Shown: positions 1-11,080 of the stretch, piece by piece
Numbering within the stretch: position 1 is the stretch's first letter
Layout: each line of letters starts with the position of its first letter
Assembly: GCA_973895155.1 (NCBI GenBank)
Contig: OZ316897.1
Location: 1,328,515-1,392,514 of the forward strand
Direction of reading: 5' to 3'
Source of the DNA: Marsupella aquatica
Taxonomy: Eukaryota > Plantae > Marchantiophyta
Length of the DNA: 64,000 nucleotides
Notes under the pieces: generated by a model
What the model was told of the DNA's origin: nothing
Databases searched by the model: none
The model's input: only the letters and a program-made list of their open reading frames with translations
Translations under genes and position numbers: made by a program

Positions 1-3000
1 ATCCATGTCCTCACTCGTCAGAACATCAAACGTCTTCAATCACATATATCACGGTAGAGGATGTGCGTGCTTTGACAAAAAGTCCAAGTTCCCGCTTCAA
101 TCTTTCACTATTTCTTGAACCCCCACTTGAATAAGTGAACCAATTGCTATATTTTGAGCTGTTGTGTTTGCCACCACTGAAGACAAACAAATTGTCTGGC
201 AAGCGTATTCATTGTGGGACCTACGCAATCCACAGGGTCAGTGGTATTCAAATTTCCCCATTCCTGTGGTTGCTGTTGCTGAAGGAAAGTAGAGTACCAA
301 TGTGGCTGACTCTTCCCTTTCTGTGGGGTTTCATAGATGTCCCTTAAAAATTTATTCAAAAAATTTTAAAAATAGATTTTTAAACTGCAATGGTTGTTGG
401 AATCCATTTTGTCCCAATCTGATAGGTGTCTTTCAAATAGTACATACCCATGCTTAGGGAAGATGTTATCGTAAATTAAGTGCATCCAAATAGGTTGTGT
501 TACCTTGTAAGAAAGGTAGTACATGCTCTCCTACTATTTTGTTTGGATGTTTTTGTCAACGCTCACATGTACTACAGATTGAAAGGAAACATAAAAGAAA
601 AATGCAGTTAAATTGGGGGACATTTAACTAGGGTAATTAAGAGCAAGATTATATATGATTTGGGTTCTAAGGTGTGCTTTTTTTAAGGTAACTAAAAGAT
701 TAACATAGATCAATAGGTGTGACATTAACCAAGCCCATATCAAATATATTCCACAATATATCCACTTATGTCACCAATGGGAGTAGGGTGTATTGTTGGT
801 TTAGACCAAGAAGTCGAGGTGTCTCAATCTTGACTTGGAATTTTCTAAAATCTTTAAACTATCATGACTTGATATCCAAATCTGTAAACTTCTTATTCTA
901 TCTCTTATGTAATAGCAAATTGGATTTTTGTTTCTATGATGGATTATTCTTAGAATGTTTGTTGCAGATACCTACAATAGAGAGAAATTATCCTTAATAT
1001 CCATGTAAGAGAGCATGCATACCAAATTAATCTCATTAAATCCTGTGGGTAAGAACTACAAGGTAAAGATAATTCATTTAGTTTGTTGAAAAACCAATAA
1101 CAAATACAAGGTAAATAATAATTATTGATGTCATATGTGCATGATACTTGCAATAACATAAGTTCAAATTGAAATATATAATTAAGATTGAGAATTTGGT
1201 GAAAGATTATATTCAACAAGAAGATTGGTTCACCTTTTAACCAATGATCTATCTAAAGCTCTAACCTCTACCTTAATTGTTTGGAGCTAAAGTACATTGG
1301 TGTGATCAATGTCAAATCCTAAAGCTAGCATCTCTCCACATCTCATCCACACTAAATATATCTCACTTCTTTGCCTAATACATAAGGGAGTGCATAATAA
1401 TTTGATGTTGCTACATGAAGCTGCACCGTTCTTGATAACAATTGTTTTGTGCAGCTTTATTTGCTTTTGCAAATCATGAGCTCATTAGCAGGGGACCAAA
1501 GCCCGCCACTAAGGTTTATGAGGGTGGACCAGAAAATTCCATCTCTACATCATTTGAGTCGTGCCTCAAGTTTTCAAGACTAACCCAGAGGTCTAGGGAT
1601 CAAATTGCAACTTTTGTGTGCAAGTAAATTAATAACCTTTCGAGGGTAGAAAATAGTGAGGGAGCCGCCATTTCCGTTGTGACATTGAACTCAGAGGCGG
1701 CTTTTGTATTAATTGGGCTCAAATTCACTCAATTGTTGTTGGGTGGCCAAAATCATGCAACCATGTATTAGTTGTTGCAGTCATGGGCAGTTTGGGTACA
1801 GCACCTCAAGAACGTAATCCATGAGGGCATCCCCTTTGGCATACTTATTTGCTAATTGTTTACATATATGGTCATGAAGAGAATTATTACAGTGCTTGCT
1901 TAATTAGTGGTGTTAGAGTACTCAAGAGACAAATTGCCTGGGGTAAAAACTTTTGCTTTTTCCAGGGGTGAGGTCACCCCAATGTCACTCTCATATTACC
2001 CAATTTGGCCCAAAGGCATAGTGGACTCAATTTCAGGTAACTGTTGGTTTTTCAACAATAACTGGAAAATGACAATGGGCATGACTGTCGCAACATGGTT
2101 TTGATCCTTAGAGTAATCATTTTCTGAAAACAACTACTGTAGTAGTACGTCGTGTAATTTAGTCGGACAGCCTTTGTGACTGACCCCCTCGGTCACGGGC
2201 CTGGTTGATATTGTTTTTTATGAATGTAGTCATGTGCGTGGGGGAGGGTGTAGTGTACTTTAACAAGTTTGCCATTGTTGAGAGTAGCAAGGCTTCACCT
2301 TCTCTACATCTATAATATAGAATCCCATGGAGAGGGAATGAAGACCAAGAAATAGTTTTTCATTTCTTGATAGTTTTCTGTCTTTTTTAGAAGGTTTTTA
2401 TTTCTTTCCATTTTAATTTTTTGGGGGAGATTGGGAGATACCTTTTGGGAGTTTTTTCTGATGTATTTATTACTGAGGAGACCATATGTGATTTTTGTCG
2501 GTTGTTGTGTGGTGCAGTTCTTTTTCCTTGGCCAGGGGGGGAGGGAGGGGCAATGTTTCTTAAAATAGGAAAGTTAATTAAGGTGTGTGATCAAGAAGGT
2601 GTGAGTACTCTTGGGTTGGTGGTGGCATGTATGGGGGTGCAAGGCGATTATTTACCTGGCCTCCCTTGAGACCTCCCAATCTCAAGGGCACTTGGATCTC
2701 AATTGATTAAGTATCCTATTAAATTTTGACCCTGAATTCCTTTCATGATGTCCTTCTACCCTCTTGCCTTCCAATTGTGGCCCTCTCCACACTAGCCAGA
2801 TGTAAGGCAAAACCCTGCCCATAAAATAAAGGTCATCTAATTTTATGTGACATTTTTGGTGACCCAACACTCTACTTGCCATATGTCTGTATTAGTCCCA
2901 CCCTAGCTCTCACCTTAGGGCTTACCTAACCATATCAATTTTCCCTTTTGTGTTTTCCATCCCCTATTTCTTTGTTAACTTTTGAAATGTTTGATTGGAT

Positions 3001-3272
3001 GGATTTCTACAGTGGCAACATTTTCTTAGTTTGAAGTCAATTCTGTTTTTACCAAAACAGTCCTTAGTTTTAAATCAATTCTGATTTTACCATTGCCACG
3101 TCTAGCTGGTGCAAAAACAAATTAACTTTTGCACGAGTTACAGAATCTCTCAAGAGTTTGAAAATGGCCCAAATTTCATAAAGGGGTAGTTACATGCACA
3201 AAATTCAAGTCTAAATTAGCGGGGAACAATTATCTATCCGGATCTTGGTACCCGACGGTTGGAAATACTGTA

Positions 3273-3306
3273 AGGGTTTAGGGTCTAAACCCTAAACCCT
3301 AAACCC
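3273..3306. repeat. Short interstitial telomere-type (TTTAGGG/CCCTAAA) repeats in head-to-head orientation
   Basis: AGGGTTTAGGGT followed directly by CTAAACCCTAAACCCTAAACCC. Confidence 0.7.
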
Positions 3307-3329
3307 CGTCCTTCTAAATGTGCAGGCGC

Positions 3330-3680
3330 GGTATGCAAGACCGTATTGGTATGCAAGACCGTATTGCTGCACTGCCGCACTGCCGCAGGCATTGGGAGCG
3401 GAGGGGTGGCACGGTTTGCATGGGAATGGTTCCCAAGTATCCCAAGGCGAGTTGACGCCGACGTGAGGCAAGGGAGGAGCACTGCCACTAGGAGCGTCAA
3501 CCAGGCTTGCTGACGTCAAGCAAGGGAGGAGCGCTGACGCCAGGAGCGCCAACCAGGCTCGCCGACGTGAGGCAAGGGAGGAGCGCCAACGTCAGGAAAG
3601 TCGGCAAAGGAGCACCAACGCCAGGAGAGTCGATGCGAGGGATGAGAGTGGCCGAGGGACCATTGGCGACGTGAGGTGAG
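3330..3680. repeat. GC-rich degenerate tandem repeats
   Basis: GTATGCAAGACCGTATTG x2, then three ~50-bp units containing (GCC/GCT)GACGT..GCAAGGGAGGAGC. Confidence 0.6.
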
Positions 3681-4987
3681 GGAGAAGAGTCAACGCAAGA
3701 CAAGGCTTGACACGGGATAGCATTGGCAGATCCACGGTCAACAAAAATCTGGGAGGGATCGAAACACCATAAACTGTTGGACACATTATAAGGTCATTGC
3801 AATACAGTTACATAATTATAGTTTATGTAAGTGTGTTGTGGGAGGTCCATTGGCAATCCTTAACCCCAAAATGATTAGCAACTTGGACAGCTACACTTAT
3901 TACCCTAATTAGTCACACATAGTATTTTGGAACAAAGGTTTTTGAAAGATGTCACCATAATTAACGTGGGTGAGACTAAATAAGAAGTGAGACTAAATAT
4001 ATGTTATTTTAAATTTGTGATGAGAATGACATTATTTTTGGACAGTGGAAAATTAGGATAATTAAGATTGACATTATTTGTGGACACTGAACATTACTCC
4101 ATTACTCCAATATATAGTCATTGAAGAGAATGAGGAGAATGAACTGAGAGACTCTCCCTTTTATGCTAATCATCTCTAAGTTCCTAATTAATGTCATACC
4201 TAATTTCATTAGCGACTAATTAATATCATACCTAACCTAATTAAAAGCACACCCACCCATTCTTCTAGAATTACTCAAATAAAAATCTATATCTATGTTG
4301 AAAAATGAGTGAGAAGTCCACAAAAGGAATAAAAACACATTTTTTGTTTTGATGTTGACCCCCCTCTTGCAAGAAAAAGGAAAGATTTATAAAACCTGAA
4401 ATCTCTCCATTCTTTGTCTTTATTGTTCCTCCCCTTAAAAGACCCTTAAACCATCCATCGCTCCCCACTTCTAAGATAGAATAGGGGTTAGCTTGTTCGA
4501 TACACTCAACTAGTGTCTGCCCCCTCTAGCAAGAAAAAAATATAAACAAAGACCATTTTGAAAATCTCTCCCCTAAATACCTTAAACCTCTCAGCAATTA
4601 AAGAAAAAATTCTTTAAACCCTTATTATTTCTCCCCTTAAAGTAATCCTCCATCCGGGCCAAAAAAAAAATTTGTCTCTTTTTGTCTTTTTGATTTTCCC
4701 ATTCTTTAAAATACCCTTGGTTCTATATCTGTTTTAATTCTCAAAGAAAATAAAATAATGAGATCAACCATAGGGCATGCTCCTTACACATCGTTTTTTC
4801 TAAAAAAAAGAAGCCCCTTTAAAAATCTTTTCGAGGTGACCAATTTCACCCAAAAACAAAAAGGAAGCCCCTTTAAGAGTCGTACCTTTTCAAGGTGACT
4901 TTGGTCCCAAAGGGAGATATATAAAAGCATTAAGAAATTCTGATAACTAAAAGACAAATACATTAAATGGTGAGAGAATCAAGTACA

Positions 4988-5184
4988 TGTTGTAATAGAC
5001 AACTAAAGGAACACTCAAAGATACTCCAACAAGATAGATTCATTACTATTGATGAGGGGATATATATATCCCCTTGGTTACATGGTAGGCAAATGCCCTT
5101 ATACTGGTCCTATGGTTAGGAGTTCTCATACTATGGTTAAGGGTTCTCGCCCTATGGTTAAGGGGTAAACTAGGGTTTACAACA
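4988..5184 (-). repeat. 3' LTR of copia element 1
   Basis: Direct repeat of 10662-10858; contains the palindrome GGGGATATATATATCCCC. Confidence 0.97.
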
Positions 5185-5688
5185 CTCCCCCTTGGTTAGT
5201 TTATGGAGGAGCATAAAGTAACCACATCTCTTGAACCTAGGGTATAATCCGGTTTAGGGGTCCACCTGTGTGATGTAGCCTCATTAAAACCTCGCCGCTT
5301 TCTTCTCGAGGAAAGAGTGCTACCATCACTTATATAGGTGGTTTCCCATATCTAATGTCCTGGTTAAGCCTTTTTGCCATGTCTTAGTTAGTGTTAATCG
5401 TATGTGCTAAGTGGGGTTATGTGAATGTTCCTAATGGGTGTCTAGTCTCCCCCTCAGCTCGTTGCCTGGTGTGCGCCTCGTGTTGTTCTTCATGTCGTTT
5501 TGCGTATTGCGCTTCGCTTCGTGTTGTGCTTTGGGTTAGTGAGGCCAAGTCGGGCGTTTTTGCGTTGGTTTGTGTTGTTTCACGTCGGGGATGTGGTGTG
5601 GCGCTCGCCGAGTGTGGTGGTCGGGCATCTGGAGGCGGCTTCATCGGGCGACAGCTTCGTCGTTGGGTAATCCTTTCGAGCTTCAGTG

Positions 5689-8600
5689 TTATGAGGTGGG
5701 CTTGATCGTGGACAATCTGCTCATGCCTATGCCTTCGAGGTGCGCTCTGTGCAATCCGGCTGGTAGTGGTTTCGTAAACATGTCTGCTCGATTGTCCTGA
5801 GATTTGATCCATGCAACATTGATACTTTTCCCTTGTTGTTCTTGCGTGAAGAAATACTTGGGGTCAATATGCTTGGTCCTCTCGGTCTTCAGGATTCCGT
5901 TGGTTATCTGGTCGATACACGCCTTATTGTCTTCGTAGATTGTGGTTGGCTCTGTTATCTGTGGTTTACCGGTGCTGGACCTAATATGATTGATAATGCT
6001 TCGTAGCCATACAGCTTCTCTGCACGCCTCGTATAACGCTATGATTTCCGAGTGGTTGGATGACGTTGTGGTCATTGTTTGCTTTGAACTTCGCCAAGAT
6101 ATTGCTGTCGTCCCCTGTAAGAACACGTACCCAGTCTGTGATTTGGAGTCCTGGGGGTCCGACAGGTAGCCGGCATCAGTGTAACCGGTAAGCGTATCGG
6201 GGCTATTCTTAGGAAAGAATAGTCCAAGGTCGATCGTCCCTTGTAGGTATCTCATGATCCTCTTGATGCCGTTCCAATGCCTGATGGTGGGCTGTGCGCT
6301 GTGTCTCGCTAAGAGACTGACGGCGAACGATATGTCAGGTCTCGTCTGGTTCGCTAGATACATAAGGGCGCCCACCGCTGATAGGTACGGTTTTTCTGAT
6401 CCCAGTATGGGTTCGTCTTCTTGGCGCTTCCGAAACATATCTTTGATCGGGTCTAGAGATCTGAGTTCCATCGGGGTGGAGACAGGGTAGGATTTCTGCA
6501 TGTTGAATTGATGAAGTATCTTCTGCGTGTATGTCGATTGGTAAAGGAATATGCCTGTTTCTAAGTGTTCGATCTGCAGGCCTAGGCAGTGGTTGGGTCT
6601 TCCAAGGTCCTTCATCTCGAAGACTCCTTTCAGTGTATGTATTGTGTCTTTCATCATCTGTTTAGTCCCGAATAAGTTCACATCGTCCACGTACAGTGCT
6701 AGTATCAGGACTTCGTCCATATGCTTTTTGATGAAGATGCAGGGGGCCAGTCCGCTATTTGTAAATCCGAGGGCGAGCATCTCTGTCTGGAATTTCTGAT
6801 ACCAGATTCTGCCGCTCTGTTTAAGTCCGTTGATGGAACGTAACACTTGGACTGTAAGTTTTGTTGTTAATTTCTTTCCTCTGGTATGCATTGCCTGTGT
6901 ATTTCCACTTTGCATCAAGAGGGCCTTTGTATCCCCATCAGGTATTATTTGGCTGATGCCCTTTTTAATCTCTGTATTCAGGTTCTGGGACGTCTCCCCC
7001 TGAATGTGCTGCTTGACCCTCTCTATCAGTTCCGGGGGGGCAGTCATGTATATCTCAGTATCGAGTGTGCCGTAAAGGTACGCGGTTACCACGTCCATAA
7101 GGTTATTAACCAGTTTATGGTGGACTGAATGTGCTGTGAGATAGCGATATGTAGTAGCGTCCATTACTGGTGAGTATGTTAATTCGTAGTCCCTGCCCGG
7201 GATTTGTGTGTAGCCTTTGGCTACTAGCCGGGCTCGATATCTTACTACTATGCCTTTCTCATTTCGTTTTTTCAAGAATGTAAATCGAGAGTCGGTGTAA
7301 TGTGTACCTGGTAATGCCATTTTAAATGGTCCGAATACTTGTCGCTTGATGAGGGCGTCCATCTCGGTATGTATTGCTGCTTGCCACTTTGGCCAATCTG
7401 GTTGTTTCTTTGCCTCGTTTATAGTGAGCGGATCAGGAATATCGTTGGTGATTTCCTGTATTACGTTATAGGCAAATTGTTCATCAATTTGGGTTGTCGG
7501 TCGTTTATATATGTTACCTGTTTGCATGTATGTGATTGACATTTCCTCGTTTTCTTCACTCAGTGGGTCGTTTTGATTTATCGCTGTCACGTTAAGTGTG
7601 ATCGCTGGTTCCAGCGCGGGTGTACCCAAGTTTGCTGCTGGAGTTTTACGTTGGCGAGGCTGGGAGTCCTTGATCCCTGGTGGTCTGCCTCGCTTTGCTC
7701 TGGGGGCTGTTACATTGGCCGGTGTCGAGGAGGTTTGTACTCGCGATGGCGCATTAGCTGCTAAGTTGTGGGATCTTGTGACATTTGCAGCGTCGTTAAA
7801 TGAGTCTGGAATCTTTTCGAGCATTTCATGTAGGTGGAGAAGTCTTCTGACTTCTTCGTCTGCCTGCTTGGTTCTGGGGTCATTTCTGTTTTGGTCTGCT
7901 TTCCAATTTATGGGCATTTTCGTTGTGTCCTTGGATTGTGTTGATGCTGTATTCGTGAGCTGTGGGAATTGATCTTCATAAAAATGGCAGTCCTGATGTC
8001 TTGCCTTGAACAGGTCTGCCGTAGTCGGTTCAAGGTATCTAATGATCGAAGTAGAGTCAAACCCAACATAGATACCTGCATTCCGTTGGGGTCCGAGTTT
8101 TGTTCTCTTTGGTCCTAAGATAGGCACCATTACCTGGCATCCGAAAATGCGTAGGTGGGACAGGTCCGGTGGTATGCCGAACGCCAGGTGGTATGGTGTC
8201 TTAGAGTTATATGCTGACGGTCTATATTGGATTAGTGCAGCTGCGTGAAGGATGGCATGTCCCCATGCTGATGTGGGTAAGTTTGACTTCATTAACAGTG
8301 GTCTTGCCACCATTTGAAGTCTCTTAATAACCGACTCAGCTATACCGTTCTGAAAATGAACGTGGGGAACTGGATATTGAGTATCGATGCCCGCTGCCCA
8401 GCAAAAGTCGTCGAATGTTCTTGATGTGAACTCGCCAGCTCCATCTACTCTTAATCTTCTTGTAGGATACTCTGGGAACTGTGCTCTTAATTTAAGAATA
8501 TGTGCTAAGATCCGCGCAAATGCCAAGTTGCGGGTAGATAGCAATGAAATCTGCAGCCATTTAGTTGATGAGTCGATGATTACCAGGAAATATTTGAAAG

Positions 8601-10302
8601 GGCCGCTCGGGGGGTCTATAGGTCCGCAGATATCTGCATTGATCTGCTCTAGGAACTGTGGTATTGAAAATATTGTTTTTGGTATTGATGGTCGTATGGT
8701 CATTTTTCCTTGTGAGCACTCTATGCAGGCTGTTTTTACCTTTGGCTTGACTGTCTTGGGGATTCCTTTGGAGTCCCTTATAATCCTGTTGTACATAGTG
8801 GTACCCGGGTGGCCCAGTCGACAGTGCCAGATGTATGTCATATCCTCTGATTCTTGGTGTATATGGAATGTTTGGATACTGGTTGCGTATAGGCCTGGGG
8901 GGATCAATGCAAATGTTTCTTTAATGGATGGCTTACCCTGTATGTCTTGTATAATCTGTAATGTCTCTGTTTTGCCCTGAGTATTCGTGCGCAGTTGGAG
9001 GTTATTGGATCTGATATCCTGGAAGCTGATGAGGTTTCGGGTTGCTTTCGGGGCATAAATTGCTGACTTCACGGTGATTTTAGTTCCTCCTGGTAGTATA
9101 AATGTGGCTCGTCCTTTGCCTTCTTCTATATGATTAAGTCCTGCTATGGTGGTGATAGCGCGGGATGATGGGGTGATGGCCTCGAAATACTTGCTGTGTT
9201 TTAAGATAGTATGTGAGGTTCCGCTGTCGATGATGCCCGTATCGGGGTCGTCTAATGTCGGGTATTTCCAGTCAGTAAGAGAGGTATGTACTTCTATCTG
9301 TTCTTGTGTTTCTTCTCTCTGAGAGGCAATCAATTCTTCTTCTATCTCCATATAATGTCCTTGGGGGTTTTGTCTGGACTTATTTCTGTCGTTTATGTAT
9401 CTGTGGGCCTCTTGTTCTGTGGCTGCACATGCGTTTCTAATGTGGCCAATTTTGCCACATCGGTAACACATTTTCTGGGAATTGTTTGCAGTGTCGTATT
9501 GGTTGCTTCGTCCTCTTCCTCTATTATTCATGGTGCCTCTGCGCCACGTGTTATTGGATCCGGAGGGTCGGTTATAAGGTTTGCCTTGTCCTCTGAATTG
9601 ATTTCTCCCGCCCCTGAATTGGTTTCTTCCGCCTCTGAATTGAGTTCGTCCGCCCCGGTAATTTCCTCGTTGTTTGTCTTCATAATTGGTGTAGTGGGTT
9701 TCAGGTCGATGTGGTGGGGGGTCTGATCCTGCTGGGCGCTTTCTGGCGTTTTGCAAGGCCACGATCTGTTGCTTCTCTTCCACAAGTAAGTGAGCAATCA
9801 GATCTGAGTACTTAGTGAAACGCATGTTCCTATATTGTGTACCTAATGTGATATTAGATTCAGGGAATGTCGATAGTGTCTTATCGATTCTATCTATGTC
9901 ATTTATTGGATGTCCACACATTTCTAATTGAGATGTAATTCTGCACAGTGCGCTATTGTAATTGGCAATTGTGGTGTGGTCCATGACGCGCAGGTTATGC
10001 CAATCCCTTCTTGCCTCTGGGAGCCATATCTCCCTCATATGATCAAATCGGGCTTTGAGGAGATCCCATAGTTTTCTTGGATTAATTTCGTTCATATACT
10101 CATTCTTTAGTTGAGGGGTTAGATGTTGCCTGAGTAGAAACGCTGCCTTAGCCTTTTGTTTGAGCGTGACATCGATGTCGGTATCTAAGGTGTCTTCAAG
10201 GTCTTGTGATGTAAAGTAAGTTTCGACATCTGTGATCCACGTCAAATAGTTGGATCCGTCGACTTTAAGTGCTGGCCATAATAATTTTTCGACTGTATTC
10301 AT
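5689..10302 (-). CDS. Copia Gag-Pol polyprotein (Gag, CCHC knuckle, protease, integrase, RT, RNase H), ~1537 aa from the first ATG; frame is open from 10416
   Basis: Motifs CYRCGKIGHIRNAC, IIDSGTS, WHCRLGH...CIEC, integrase D(NADIC)-D(VDGAGE)-E(NGIAE), RT RARLVAKG/YVDD, RNase H YTDAG/SNHSE/YEDN/NRADMFTK, in copia order (IN before RT). Confidence 0.97.
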   Translation of the reverse strand: MNTVEKLLWPALKVDGSNYLTWITDVETYFTSQDLEDTLDTDIDVTLKQKAKAAFLLRQHLTPQLKNEYMNEINPRKLWDLLKARFDHMREIWLPEARRDWHNLRVMDHTTIANYNSALCRITSQLEMCGHPINDIDRIDKTLSTFPESNITLGTQYRNMRFTKYSDLIAHLLVEEKQQIVALQNARKRPAGSDPPPHRPETHYTNYEDKQRGNYRGGRTQFRGGRNQFRGGRNQFRGQGKPYNRPSGSNNTWRRGTMNNRGRGRSNQYDTANNSQKMCYRCGKIGHIRNACAATEQEAHRYINDRNKSRQNPQGHYMEIEEELIASQREETQEQIEVHTSLTDWKYPTLDDPDTGIIDSGTSHTILKHSKYFEAITPSSRAITTIAGLNHIEEGKGRATFILPGGTKITVKSAIYAPKATRNLISFQDIRSNNLQLRTNTQGKTETLQIIQDIQGKPSIKETFALIPPGLYATSIQTFHIHQESEDMTYIWHCRLGHPGTTMYNRIIRDSKGIPKTVKPKVKTACIECSQGKMTIRPSIPKTIFSIPQFLEQINADICGPIDPPSGPFKYFLVIIDSSTKWLQISLLSTRNLAFARILAHILKLRAQFPEYPTRRLRVDGAGEFTSRTFDDFCWAAGIDTQYPVPHVHFQNGIAESVIKRLQMVARPLLMKSNLPTSAWGHAILHAAALIQYRPSAYNSKTPYHLAFGIPPDLSHLRIFGCQVMVPILGPKRTKLGPQRNAGIYVGFDSTSIIRYLEPTTADLFKARHQDCHFYEDQFPQLTNTASTQSKDTTKMPINWKADQNRNDPRTKQADEEVRRLLHLHEMLEKIPDSFNDAANVTRSHNLAANAPSRVQTSSTPANVTAPRAKRGRPPGIKDSQPRQRKTPAANLGTPALEPAITLNVTAINQNDPLSEENEEMSITYMQTGNIYKRPTTQIDEQFAYNVIQEITNDIPDPLTINEAKKQPDWPKWQAAIHTEMDALIKRQVFGPFKMALPGTHYTDSRFTFLKKRNEKGIVVRYRARLVAKGYTQIPGRDYELTYSPVMDATTYRYLTAHSVHHKLVNNLMDVVTAYLYGTLDTEIYMTAPPELIERVKQHIQGETSQNLNTEIKKGISQIIPDGDTKALLMQSGNTQAMHTRGKKLTTKLTVQVLRSINGLKQSGRIWYQKFQTEMLALGFTNSGLAPCIFIKKHMDEVLILALYVDDVNLFGTKQMMKDTIHTLKGVFEMKDLGRPNHCLGLQIEHLETGIFLYQSTYTQKILHQFNMQKSYPVSTPMELRSLDPIKDMFRKRQEDEPILGSEKPYLSAVGALMYLANQTRPDISFAVSLLARHSAQPTIRHWNGIKRIMRYLQGTIDLGLFFPKNSPDTLTGYTDAGYLSDPQDSKSQTGYVFLQGTTAISWRSSKQTMTTTSSNHSEIIALYEACREAVWLRSIINHIRSSTGKPQITEPTTIYEDNKACIDQITNGILKTERTKHIDPKYFFTQEQQGKSINVAWIKSQDNRADMFTKPLPAGLHRAHLEGIGMSRLSTIKPTS

Positions 10303-10647
10303 TATTCGGGATGTCAGTTGATTTAAGAACTTTGGTGAAGATTGAATCGAGTGAAGTATCTCGATTGTACAATTGACCGGTTGGAAGCTTGTATATGGAG
10401 CTGAGGGAGCTTTCAATCATGCCAATAAAGTATTAGTCCTTTGGACTCTCGATATGCTGGTCCCGAATTGATGCTCTATGTGAAATTTCGTGTTTTGTAA
10501 AAAAAATTCAACTCTGAGGCAAAAGAATGGAGACCAAGAAAAAAAACGGTTATGGCAGTTTCTAAAAAAAATGCCACTTTACGAGCATTCTCCTCGTGTA
10601 AAACTCGATTGCATCTGCTTGAAAAAAAATGATTTTTAGAGACTGGC

Positions 10648-10661
10648 TCGTGCTGATAACG
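10648..10661 (-). promoter_or_regulatory. Primer binding site complementary to the anticodon arm (5' half) of tRNA-Ile
   Basis: The plus strand reads TCGTGCTGATAACG, matching the plant tRNA-Ile(AAU) anticodon arm TCGTGCTAATAACG (recalled) with G at the inosine wobble position. There is no TGG start, so it is not a 3'-CCA-type PBS. Confidence 0.75.
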
Positions 10662-10858
10662 TGTTGTAATAGACAACTAAAGGAACACTCAAAGATACTC
10701 CAACAAGATAGATTCATTACTATTGATGAGGGGATATATATATCCCCTTGGTTACATGGTAGGCAAATGCCCTTATACTGGTCCTATGGTTAGGAGTTCT
10801 CATACTATGGTTAAGGGTTCTCGCCCTATGGTTAAGGGGTAAACTAGGGTTTACAACA
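10662..10858 (-). repeat. 5' LTR of copia element 1
   Basis: Identical to 4988-5184; followed by TSD GTACA. Confidence 0.97.
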
Positions 10859-11020
10859 GTACACACTTACATTGAGGGGGGAGCATTTAATATAGTTTCA
10901 TTTGTGTTGAATAAAATATACTCAGTGTACTCCAATTTGTCTTGATCTTGAGTATTCCATACACTAAAGAGTGTTAGAATGAGTATATTGTGACTAAAGT
11001 ATATTTGTGTGCCTCTATAG

Positions 11021-11080
11021 TATGTGGAGAAAGCATATGTGGAGAAAACGTATGTGGAGAAAACGTATGCGCAGAAAAAA
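11021..11080. repeat. 15-bp tandem repeat (TATGTGGAGAAAACG-like) x4
   Basis: Directly visible. Confidence 0.8.

Larger units (their letters stand above)
4988..10858 (-). mobile_element. Full-length Ty1/copia LTR retrotransposon (Bianca-like), apparently intact
   Basis: Two 197-bp LTRs (4988-5184, 10662-10858; TGTTGTAA...TTACAACA), identical by eye. 5-bp TSD GTACA (4983-4987, 10859-10863), PBS next to the 5' LTR, PPT GGGGGAG at 5185-5191, single uninterrupted gag-pol ORF. Confidence 0.97.

Noticed and set aside
1-2900. Possible decayed retroelement or transposon sequence (also ~41640-44250 and ~57700-58900)
   Set aside because: Only fragmentary ORFs with no diagnostic RT, integrase or transposase motifs recognisable by eye.
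3008-3272. TA-CAGT...ACTG-TA ends suggesting a Tc1/pogo MITE
   Set aside because: The inverted match does not extend beyond about 6 nt.
5391-5812. Cys-rich antisense ORF (5391-5705) and sense 131-aa ORF (5417-5812) in the 3' region of copia 1; the antisense one overlaps the pol stop by 17 nt, as in copia 2
   Set aside because: The antisense ORF has a GTG start and a composition explained by GT skew, and neither has a recognisable domain. The equal overlap is treated as coincidence unless family conservation is shown.
6254-9797. Numerous plus-strand and alternative-frame ORFs within copia 1
   Set aside because: Shadow ORFs of the gag-pol reading frame.
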